The translations under genes were made by a program, and so were the position numbers. This document shows, in pieces, positions 7,979 through 15,420 of a stretch of DNA of 35,862 bases. Source of the DNA: a virus. Position 1 is the stretch's first letter. The number at the start of each line of letters is the position of its first letter. The notes below the pieces were generated by a model that saw only the letters and a program-made list of their open reading frames with translations, was not told where the DNA came from and searched no databases. The DNA is taken from positions 1 to 35,862 of IMG/VR virus record IMGVR_UViG_3300047496_000075, one strand, 5' to 3'.

Positions 7979-8460
7979 TATTTATCCTTAAAATACTTCA
8001 ATGATCTAATTTGCAACTCATCTTCAGATAAGCCTTGAATAGATGATATAAAATCATATAATTCTTTTGATTCTAATATCGGACTATCAGTCATTTTGTT
8101 ATTATGCACAAATAATTCAAAATCATCTTCAACTTCATTCTTTTTATCCCAATCAATACCATGATAATACTTATGATTTACCAAATCATATTCGTCACAC
8201 TTTTGAACAAAACTTATATCGCATGAGAATTTTTCATATATATTATCTGCAAGATCTGAATACGGCTCCAAACAAACATTCTTTAATGAAGCAACTATCA
8301 CAAGTTTATTATTAAATATAGTAGTGTAATCATTAATTGAATTGTAAAATAAATCATCATATGAGTTAATAAAATCTATTATTTCATTAAGATTTATTCC
8401 TTTGCCGCTCTTCCAATTAAAGTTATCAATAATAAAATAATGATTCGACCGCGTGCCCAT
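7978..8460 (-). CDS. Hypothetical protein (160 aa)
   Basis: ORF track; start and stop are coupled to the neighbouring genes. Confidence 0.55.
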   Translation of the reverse strand: MGTRSNHYFIIDNFNWKSGKGINLNEIIDFINSYDDLFYNSINDYTTIFNNKLVIVASLKNVCLEPYSDLADNIYEKFSCDISFVQKCDEYDLVNHKYYHGIDWDKKNEVEDDFELFVHNNKMTDSPILESKELYDFISSIQGLSEDELQIRSLKYFKDK

Positions 8461-8963
8461 TATTTATCCTCAAGCTCAGAAAACTTTTCCATAATAACGA
8501 CTTGCCTTGTATTTTGACCTGAGTCTTTCTTGATGTCTTCATGTTCTTTTAAAAGAGATATCCATTCAGGATCATACCTATTCATATCCTTAAAGGCTGC
8601 CGTTGTATTAAATTCATTCTTTAATGCCCCAATTCTACGCCTTGCGCCAATTCTGCGCTTGGCCTCAGCGTAATGCAGTGCTATATCTGGATATCTACTA
8701 ACCATTGAAATAAGACTTGAATAGGTTATAGTGTATTCGTCACAGAATTGCTGCACCTCTAATGACTCAGGTTTCAATGACCACAAATGCAATGTATAAC
8801 AAAGCCTCTTTCTCCAACCATCTTTTTCTGGGAATAGTCTAAATGAGTCGTCCGATAGGTATTGAAAGAGCGTCTCAGAATTCGACAGTTCTCTAATAGT
8901 CGAGCTATCATTAGTCTTTTTTACTTTATTTTCTATTTTAGATTTACTTTGTGGCTTTTTCAT
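8460..8963 (-). CDS. Hypothetical protein, possibly DNA-binding or small-terminase-like
   Basis: 167 aa with a basic N-terminus. The segment FCDEYTITYSSLISMVSRYPDIALHYAEAKRR looks like a helix-turn-helix. The functional call is weak. Confidence 0.3.
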   Translation of the reverse strand: MKKPQSKSKIENKVKKTNDSSTIRELSNSETLFQYLSDDSFRLFPEKDGWRKRLCYTLHLWSLKPESLEVQQFCDEYTITYSSLISMVSRYPDIALHYAEAKRRIGARRRIGALKNEFNTTAAFKDMNRYDPEWISLLKEHEDIKKDSGQNTRQVVIMEKFSELEDK

Positions 8964-8985
8964 GTATTCCTAAAATTTATCAGAC

Positions 8986-9306
8986 TCAGATATTGTTATT
9001 AATTTTATAAACATTTATCAAATCAACTATGTGTTTCAGTGAAAATTGCTGTCTCTCTTCGAACTCAAATCTAAAATATCTATATGTATTAAAATCTAAA
9101 AGATCTCTTAATATACGCAGATTGATTTTTAATTCTTCAGCATCTCTAATCTCCCATTGTTCTTTACGATCTTTCATCATCAGATCGATCTGGGCAGTTC
9201 TTCTGTCTCTTTCTTCTTGTGAAAGAGCGTCCCATTTAGCTATGGAATCACTAAAATCAACAGTACAATCTGTTATTTCCATCTTGCCAGTTTTAATATC
9301 ATCCAT
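8986..9306 (-). CDS. Hypothetical protein (106 aa)
   Basis: ORF track. Confidence 0.5.
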   Translation of the reverse strand: MDDIKTGKMEITDCTVDFSDSIAKWDALSQEERDRRTAQIDLMMKDRKEQWEIRDAEELKINLRILRDLLDFNTYRYFRFEFEERQQFSLKHIVDLINVYKINNNI

Positions 9307-9313
9307 AGTTTCC

Positions 9314-9706
9314 TTAAAGCTGTATCAACCTAAAAACAGTCTTGCCTTCATTGGCCCAAATCTTGCGGGCATGTATATCTGATATTATTCTATCATCATT
9401 TATTAAAATTCCACAAATAGCATCTTCTAGGAACTTAATACAGTTGGATGTATCAGGAACTTGTGTGTGTGGCGTATTGCGCATTTTGTCCCATTGTTTC
9501 TTTTTACTTAAAGGCATAGAAAAGTAGAAAGTAGCCTCTAAAAGCAAGGGGCCTTCATACACTCCCCCTTTATGCTGTTTCTTAACGCACAGACCAAATA
9601 ATAGCTTTAATTGTTTTTGAGAATCATACATACATCTACGTCCTGGCACTGCGCGCGCCCAAGCAATTGGCTTTCCGGGAATCTCATAAACTCTTAATTC
9701 TGTCAT
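9314..9706 (-). CDS. rusA: RusA-family Holliday junction resolvase
   Basis: GKPIAWARA near the N-terminus and PDTSNCIKFLEDAICGILINDDRII. This matches the PD.DN..K..D....DD catalytic pattern. Confidence 0.72.
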   Translation of the reverse strand: MTELRVYEIPGKPIAWARAVPGRRCMYDSQKQLKLLFGLCVKKQHKGGVYEGPLLLEATFYFSMPLSKKKQWDKMRNTPHTQVPDTSNCIKFLEDAICGILINDDRIISDIHARKIWANEGKTVFRLIQL

Positions 9707-11121
9707 TAATGAATCTCGCCTTGAAATTGATCTAGTGTAGAAGCATCAAAATTATCAGACACTGGATCGGGCTGCAACTTACGTTTGGCATCTAAATCAT
9801 TTAATATCTCTAAATCCTTAGCAAGCGCCTTAGTTAGTTCTTTTATCTTTGCATGGGCCATTTTAATAGTTTGTTCCCTAAAACTGGGCTGTGTTTCAGT
9901 CTCAACATTATCAAGTATCCACTTCCACTTATTTAATTCACTAGATTCTCGGTCCATTTTCAAATACAATACACGATAATCCTTTTCTGCTTGGCATATA
10001 CCGTCCGAAGAATTATCGTTTCGCAGCGTTCGATTTTCGTTGAGTTGTGTTTTATATTTTATTTCCATGGTATTTCTTTGCTTTAAATGTCCGTATTCAA
10101 AATCTAATTCAGAAGACTCGAAAGGTGTAAGTTTACGCTCTGTTATTAATTGTTCAAGCGCTTGTATCTTAGCTTTACCTATAGATATCATCTTTTTCAC
10201 CCTTTCTAGTTTTTCTTTAAGTTCTTTATCGGGATCAACTGCGACATCTTTTAGTATTTCAATTTTTCTCTTTAAATCTACGCTACTTTCTACTTTACTA
10301 CTCAATTCCAACACTTCGCTATTCTTATCTACTCCTACTCTTTCTATTTCCCTGAAATAACTACTCCAATCTATTGCTATTCTATTAGCCTGGATATATT
10401 TACGTATTTCACTACAAATAAATCTAGCTGGTCCCTTAATGCCACTACTAGATTTAAAGTTATTTAAAGCAAACTCTACTGCTACCTCGGGCATATATTT
10501 AAAATATATCTCTCCGTGAGTAGTTAGTTTAATATTGTATTTATTGAAAATCTCATTATTCATGTTTGTCTCCTTAATTTTGTGTCGTATAATTCTACTA
10601 CGTGGAGTAGATTGTGTTTTAGTACTGAAGTTAGTAGATAGTAGATTACTAGTATTAGTAGAATTAATAGTAGTAAGAGTAGTAGTAGTAGTTAATAATA
10701 GAGTAGTAATATTAATATTAACGTAGGACATTTTCTTATCGTAGGTTTTATCTATCGAAAAAATATTATTATTTTCTATTGTAAATTGATTGGCATCAAA
10801 GCAGCTAGTTACTTGGAACTTAGTTATTACACCATCGTTATGGAATTTGTTAGTAGCGCGCATAACAGTCTTAGTGCTGCATTTAGTCGCTCTAGATATT
10901 TCAGCATAATATTGTTTAAATACTCCGCGGGGCCTAAAACGAAGTAAGTAAGCAAATATTCTCTGTTGTGCAGGAGTAAGTCTCAATATGTAGTTTGAAG
11001 GCACATATTCATCAATATTTGTATTGTTGTATTTTGAAATAAAGTGCTTAGATAAAGCATTATTTGCAATAACTTGACATGAATTACCATAAATGGCATA
11101 TTGGTTATATATATTTGACAT
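9706..11121 (-). CDS. Replication-initiator-like protein with winged-helix segment
   Basis: 471 aa. LTPAQQRIFAYLLRF...EISRATKCSTKTVMRATNKFHNDGVI looks like an HTH. It also has an internal Thr/Leu low-complexity tract and a coiled-coil C-terminus. The function is inferred. Confidence 0.45.
   Translation of the reverse strand: MSNIYNQYAIYGNSCQVIANNALSKHFISKYNNTNIDEYVPSNYILRLTPAQQRIFAYLLRFRPRGVFKQYYAEISRATKCSTKTVMRATNKFHNDGVITKFQVTSCFDANQFTIENNNIFSIDKTYDKKMSYVNINITTLLLTTTTTLTTINSTNTSNLLSTNFSTKTQSTPRSRIIRHKIKETNMNNEIFNKYNIKLTTHGEIYFKYMPEVAVEFALNNFKSSSGIKGPARFICSEIRKYIQANRIAIDWSSYFREIERVGVDKNSEVLELSSKVESSVDLKRKIEILKDVAVDPDKELKEKLERVKKMISIGKAKIQALEQLITERKLTPFESSELDFEYGHLKQRNTMEIKYKTQLNENRTLRNDNSSDGICQAEKDYRVLYLKMDRESSELNKWKWILDNVETETQPSFREQTIKMAHAKIKELTKALAKDLEILNDLDAKRKLQPDPVSDNFDASTLDQFQGEIH
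10603..10712. repeat. Cluster of about 8-10 (T)AGTAG(A/T) repeats inside the initiator gene; candidate iterons/origin
   Basis: Read directly: gagtagatt, ttagtagata, gtagattac, ttagtagaatt, atagtagtaag, agtagtagtagtagtt, agagtagtaat. AT-rich DNA follows. Confidence 0.35.
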
Positions 11122-11227
11122 CAGTTATACTTTCGGGTGCATTTTCGGCATATTTGTCGCATTTTGACATCAATACAAACCTCCTTGCGAATCTCCTTTT
11201 GTCGTATGGTTTTGATACTTGATTCAT
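11105..11227 (-). CDS. 40-codon upstream ORF overlapping the initiator start
   Basis: Manual translation gives MNQVSKPYDKRRFARRFVLMSKCDKYAENAPESITDVKYI. An internal AGGAGG sits 9 nt before the second Met. The stop overlaps the first codons of the 471-aa ORF. Confidence 0.3.
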   Translation of the reverse strand: MNQVSKPYDKRRFARRFVLMSKCDKYAENAPESITDVKYI

Positions 11228-11282
11228 TTATTCTTCCTTTTCATTAGTCTTTTGGTAGCTGACTAGTGGTGTTAAAAAATTG

Positions 11283-11309
11283 AGACAGGCCTTCGGGTCT
11301 GTCTTTTTT
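11283..11309 (+). terminator. Rho-independent terminator: 9-bp stem, UUCG loop, T5 tract; an A-run upstream makes it potentially bidirectional
   Basis: AGACAGGCC-TTCG-GGTCTGTCT-TTTTT read directly, with one G.U pair in the plus-strand RNA. Confidence 0.6.
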
Positions 11310-11348
11310 ATTCTGTTGTTTTTTGATTGCAAGACAATCTACTTATTT

Positions 11349-11558
11349 TTATACCTTTTTTTCACTCCCGTCAACATCACTTAGATATTTTCTAATTTTC
11401 CTTAAAGTTAATACATTAGGTATTCTTTTACCATCTATCATATGTAATAATGTTTGATGACCCATCCCAATTTCTTTAGCTAGCTCACGCACACTTATTA
11501 GTCTGTCCGCGCATATATTACTTAATGTCTTTTTATATTGTTGTATTAATTGTTCCAT
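11349..11558 (-). CDS. XRE/Cro-CI-type helix-turn-helix regulator
   Basis: ISVRELAKEIGMGHQTLLHMIDGKRIPNVLTLRKIRKYL. Divergent from the plus-strand operon. Confidence 0.78.
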   Translation of the reverse strand: MEQLIQQYKKTLSNICADRLISVRELAKEIGMGHQTLLHMIDGKRIPNVLTLRKIRKYLSDVDGSEKKV

Positions 11559-11623
11559 ATTTTACCCCTAAAGTAATGCCATATTATTTAATTGTTATAT
11601 ATATTGTACCATGACAATACTTT

Positions 11624-11671
11624 ATTGTATATAGTTGACATAAATAGGCAATGTGGTATCATTGTATATAG
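11624..11671 (+). promoter_or_regulatory. Rightward promoter (TTGACA 11635..11640, TGgTATCAT 11654..11662) flanked by two identical 11-bp repeats ATTGTATATAG
   Basis: 16-nt spacer with a TG extension. The repeats are at 11624..11634 and 11661..11671. An ATTGT..ACAAT inverted repeat lies at 11603..11618. Confidence 0.45.
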
Positions 11672-11701
11672 ATAGATAACCAAATCACAGAAAGATATAC
11701 G

Positions 11702-11830
11702 ATGAATAATTTAGAATGCTTCCACTGCTATCAACAGATAGATCAAGATGATAAAATATGGGCGGTTTATACAATATTTGAGGCTTATAGCTGCAATAAT
11801 TGTTATATTACAAGTTTATTAAGGGATTAA
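11702..11830 (+). CDS. Small zinc-ribbon protein (42 aa, CFHC...CNNC)
   Basis: Manual translation. The stop is 1 nt before the next ATG. Confidence 0.4.
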   Translation: MNNLECFHCYQQIDQDDKIWAVYTIFEAYSCNNCYITSLLRD

Positions 11831-11831
11831 C

Positions 11832-12215
11832 ATGGAATTAGAACTATTAGAAATTGATGCGGCAGCAGACAATTTATTTAAAAAATTAGATATCGTAAAT
11901 GAGTTAATAAAAGCCACAGAAAATAAACTTGAAAAAATTGGATTTGAATATGAGATATATACTAATCAAATTAATGGATCTGGTTCCTGGATATACATTG
12001 GCTGGGTATATAATCCAGATCAAAGAAAAAATAGATTATGCATTATAAATAAATCACCTACAGGAAGAAACGAAGGATCGCGTCCATTTTTAGAATGTAA
12101 ATTAGATGAAAGATTGAAATATATCGAATTTATTCCTATGTTTTTAGCGGAATTTAGAAAATTTATAATAGATAAAACCCATGCTGTGGATAACGCTATA
12201 TTTGGAATGGATTAA
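11832..12215 (+). CDS. Hypothetical protein (127 aa)
   Basis: ORF track; first long gene of the plus-strand operon. Confidence 0.6.
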   Translation: MELELLEIDAAADNLFKKLDIVNELIKATENKLEKIGFEYEIYTNQINGSGSWIYIGWVYNPDQRKNRLCIINKSPTGRNEGSRPFLECKLDERLKYIEFIPMFLAEFRKFIIDKTHAVDNAIFGMD

Positions 12216-12216
12216 T

Positions 12217-12402
12217 ATGCGTATTAATGTATTGGAATATGACTCAAGATATGAATTAGAGATGAAATTAAATACACTATATGACTTATGTTGTGATGAA
12301 AACTCTAGATTTGATGTGCAATTTAGTACTTATTATACTTCTGGGTCAAGAGCGCCAAAGGTTATATATTGTGCATTAGTTATGTATGAGGAAAAGATAT
12401 AA
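12217..12402 (+). CDS. Hypothetical protein (61 aa, MRINVLEYDS...)
   Basis: An internal Met of ORF 12181..12402 chosen as start because it abuts the upstream stop. Confidence 0.45.
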   Translation: MRINVLEYDSRYELEMKLNTLYDLCCDENSRFDVQFSTYYTSGSRAPKVIYCALVMYEEKI

Positions 12403-12539
12403 TGGAAAATAACCAAGAATATAAGTGTATTGTTTGTGGTATTGATTTACCAGATATGAAATTTAATGAGTGCTACAAGTGTTTTAATAGATATTTTGAG
12501 GCATTAAGAGCAGTAGAGAGAAAATATGAGAATAAATAG
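12402..12539 (+). CDS. Small zinc-ribbon protein (45 aa, CIVC...CYKC)
   Basis: Manual translation. The ATG overlaps the previous TAA. Confidence 0.4.
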   Translation: MENNQEYKCIVCGIDLPDMKFNECYKCFNRYFEALRAVERKYENK

Positions 12540-12569
12540 CTATGATATAAATTTATATAGGGATCACTA

Positions 12570-13160
12570 ATGGAATGGAATAAATTCGAAGATTGTGCTC
12601 CACCACTTAATCAATATATCTTAATTAGAAACGAAAATTCAAAAAATAATAATATATGCCCCGCAGTTTCATCATATGCGGGAAGTTTTGTATTTATTTC
12701 ATGCGCTGGTTGCAGGTGGTCTATACCATCAGAGCCTTATACTCACTGGGCATTATATCCAAATGAGGGATTAATATGCTGTGAGGGTTGTGGCAGGAAT
12801 TATATTTATCATTTATGTGATCCAAATTTTAATCAACATTCAAGATGTGTATCTAAGAATAGATTAACGCCATATGAACAAAAAGAACTTGAGCTAAAAA
12901 ATCATGAATTGGTTATAGTTCAAGAAAGAAATGAAAATATTAGATGGTGGCTAAAAAGAATAATAATTGGAGTGGCCATTTGGTTTATTATAGAAAAGAT
13001 AACATTATTTGTAGTTCCATTAATTAAAACTGAGTTAGAATTCAGATATAAGAAGAAATATATAAAAATGTATAAAGATGAACTAAAAGAAGAAATAAAA
13101 GAAATAAGTAAATTCGCAATAGATAGCACTAAAGACATAATCAGGGAGTTAAAGAAATAA
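12570..13160 (+). CDS. Hypothetical protein with DUF551-like N-terminus, Cys cluster and a C-terminal transmembrane helix
   Basis: MEWNKFEDCAPPLNQYILI..., CCEGCGRN and IIIGVAIWFIIEKITLFVVPLI. Confidence 0.55.
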   Translation: MEWNKFEDCAPPLNQYILIRNENSKNNNICPAVSSYAGSFVFISCAGCRWSIPSEPYTHWALYPNEGLICCEGCGRNYIYHLCDPNFNQHSRCVSKNRLTPYEQKELELKNHELVIVQERNENIRWWLKRIIIGVAIWFIIEKITLFVVPLIKTELEFRYKKKYIKMYKDELKEEIKEISKFAIDSTKDIIRELKK

Positions 13161-13337
13161 ATGGAAGATTTTAATGATATACTTCCCATAATTCCTCCTA
13201 AAATGCCTAAATGGCTAGAAGAATTATATGGACCCACCGAGTACTTAAAAGATATGAATAGATATTTACAACAAAAAGATAAAGAAGTGGAAAATAATGG
13301 AAACAATAGAACTAATGAAGATACAAGAACAATTTGA
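13161..13337 (+). CDS. Small hypothetical protein (58 aa)
   Basis: ATG immediately after the previous stop. Overlaps the erf start by 41 nt, so one of the two starts is uncertain. Confidence 0.3.
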   Translation: MEDFNDILPIIPPKMPKWLEELYGPTEYLKDMNRYLQQKDKEVENNGNNRTNEDTRTI

Positions 13338-14046
13338 TAAGATAATTAATCAAATGCAGTTGATTGTTAATGAGATAGATAGACAAAGGATAGCTATCAG
13401 GCCAAACAAATCCACTCATGTCAATGAACTTTATATGGCATTAGCGAAGGCACAATCTGAAATGCCGGCAGCTACATCAAGTAGTGAGAATCCATACTTT
13501 AAAAGTAGTTATGCTGATTTAACTGAGATTGTTGCATCTTCTAGGCCAGCACTAACAAAACACGGCCTAGCGGTGATTCAACAAATACAGTGCAATAATG
13601 AAGGCCAGAATGTATTATATACGATCCTGACGCATTCTAGTGGCCAATATATTGAATCTGCTATGAAGATAATCCCAGCTAAGACGGATATACAGTCTTT
13701 AGGGTCGCATATTACCTATTTAAGGCGTTATTGCTATGCTAGCTTAATCGGTGTAGTAGTAGCCAATGAAGATGATGATGGAGAGATTGCAGTAGCTAAT
13801 ACAAGGCAATTGGCTGCAAAGGGCACAGCACTAAACACTAAATACAATCCAACTGAAAATAAGATGGAAACTGTGACTAAAGAACAACTTGAAGAGTTGG
13901 AATATGAATTGTCAGAGTATCCCGATATTGCCAATCAAGTATTAGATGGATTAAAGATAATGAATCTGGCTGATATGCCTAAATCTAAATATCATGTATC
14001 GTTGACCAGGATAAGAGAGATTAAGTTAACCAGAAATGGAAAATAA
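13297..14046 (+). CDS. erf: ERF-family single-strand annealing recombinase
   Basis: NPYFKSSYADLTEIVASSRPALTKHGLAV...ILTHSSGQYIES...LGSHITYLRRYCYASLIGV matches the ERF core pattern. Confidence 0.78.
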   Translation: METIELMKIQEQFDKIINQMQLIVNEIDRQRIAIRPNKSTHVNELYMALAKAQSEMPAATSSSENPYFKSSYADLTEIVASSRPALTKHGLAVIQQIQCNNEGQNVLYTILTHSSGQYIESAMKIIPAKTDIQSLGSHITYLRRYCYASLIGVVVANEDDDGEIAVANTRQLAAKGTALNTKYNPTENKMETVTKEQLEELEYELSEYPDIANQVLDGLKIMNLADMPKSKYHVSLTRIREIKLTRNGK

Positions 14047-14063
14047 ATACTAAAAAGGAGAGT

Positions 14064-14354
14064 ATGAAGATAGTAGTGAGATTTACAAAGCCAACCGCTT
14101 TTGATGAATTACCTTATGGTACAATAATAAATATACCTGAGATACCAGGAGAGCGCGCGCAATATTATATACAAACCAGCAAAGAAGAGTATAAACCAAG
14201 ATGGATATCATCAGGTGATCTATTTAACTCTGTTTTTATGGAATTAATTGATAAAGATGGATTTATGGATAACTGCCTAGAATTATACAATGGTAATAAT
14301 AATAAAAAAGAAAATCTTAGTATTATTGCTGGTATGTTATTCGGATTAGAATAG
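14064..14354 (+). CDS. Hypothetical protein (96 aa)
   Basis: ORF track. Confidence 0.55.
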   Translation: MKIVVRFTKPTAFDELPYGTIINIPEIPGERAQYYIQTSKEEYKPRWISSGDLFNSVFMELIDKDGFMDNCLELYNGNNNKKENLSIIAGMLFGLE

Positions 14355-14358
14355 AATG

Positions 14359-14769
14359 TTAATTTGATAATTTAGATAACATAATCAACGCGCAAACATT
14401 TGAAATTCCCCACATAACTATAACAGATGCTAGGGCAGCAGACTTACATCTTGACCATCTATTTTCAGCTTCATAAAGTCTATATTCAGGCAATGTAGCT
14501 ATATTAGTGATCTGAGAAACTGAGGGGTGCAGAAACCTAATCTGTCCTGGACTATATTGATGTGACTTGGCTCTTGTATTATCACCACGTGTTAGTGGAT
14601 AGTGTCTTAGTTTTCTATGTTTATCATCAGCAACTACATTAGGTATTGGAGCGACAGATCTTTCTTTTTTATCCTCTTTTACATCTTCTGGCTTAATTCC
14701 AATAGATATATGGGCTGGAAAGATGGAATTAATAAAACTAAATATTACTAAAAATATTAATTTTTTCAT
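14359..14769 (-). CDS. Secreted or membrane-anchored protein, opposite orientation to its neighbours (moron-like)
   Basis: N-terminal signal-like MKKLIFLVIFSFINSIFPA and C-terminal hydrophobic helix AALASVIVMWGISNVCALIML. Confidence 0.55.
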   Translation of the reverse strand: MKKLIFLVIFSFINSIFPAHISIGIKPEDVKEDKKERSVAPIPNVVADDKHRKLRHYPLTRGDNTRAKSHQYSPGQIRFLHPSVSQITNIATLPEYRLYEAENRWSRCKSAALASVIVMWGISNVCALIMLSKLSN

Positions 14770-14852
14770 AAAAATATGTTACCTATTAAATGTTGAGATA
14801 TGTATATATTTAGTTTTGCAGATTTATTAAATTTATTCAATGTGGTAGAAAT

Positions 14853-15233
14853 ATGAAAAAAATAATTTATGGTCTATGGATGAGAATAAAAGATAAGTGC
14901 TATGCTGAAAAATCTAAAGAATATCCCAAATATGGTGGCAAAGGAATAAAAATGGATCCCAAATGGGATGATCTTGATAAATTTACAGCCGACATAGGAG
15001 AAAGGCCCTCAAAGGATCACCATTTTAGTAGAATAGATTATTCTAAAGATTTCAATAAAGATAATTGTAAATGGATGACTAGAAAAGAAATAGCTGTGAT
15101 TTTAATTAAAAATGGCAGTAAGCCTACAGGAAAAAAGAAAATCACTAAGCCACTAGATCTAATAAAAGATAATTCTCATTTAAAAAATGCATCCGAAGTA
15201 TATTTAAAATTTATCGCATCGCGCAATAAATAG
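14853..15233 (+). CDS. Conserved-looking phage protein (YGGKGI ... W ... F ... RID ... NCKW pattern), function unknown
   Basis: 126-aa ORF. The motif resembles a widespread phage family that is often annotated as DNA-binding. The call is from memory only. Confidence 0.4.
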   Translation: MKKIIYGLWMRIKDKCYAEKSKEYPKYGGKGIKMDPKWDDLDKFTADIGERPSKDHHFSRIDYSKDFNKDNCKWMTRKEIAVILIKNGSKPTGKKKITKPLDLIKDNSHLKNASEVYLKFIASRNK

Positions 15234-15248
15234 GGGCCACGTGGCCCC
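15233..15248. terminator. GC-rich palindrome GGGGCCACGTGGCCCC between convergent genes
   Basis: Read directly. It overlaps the TAG of 14853..15233. UAUUUAUU follows on the minus strand. Confidence 0.5.
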
Positions 15249-15420
15249 TAAAAGTGTCAACAAGTATAAGTAATACCATGTTTTGTTTGTGCTTTATAAA
15301 TCACTATAAAATGTTCTATGATTAGTTATTTTCTTTTCCATAGAAATCAAATCTTCTATCAAAATTATTCTTTCATTATCAGAAAAACTCGGATCAAGTA
15401 GAATCATTAATAATATATGT

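Noticed and set aside
8630-8670. Imperfect 15-18-nt tandem duplication encoding RRIGARRRIGAL
   Set aside because: It is a single small in-frame duplication, too short to interpret beyond replication slippage.
12920-13306. Minus-strand 128-aa ORF
   Set aside because: It is antisense to well-supported plus-strand genes in a tightly packed operon. It is a shadow ORF.
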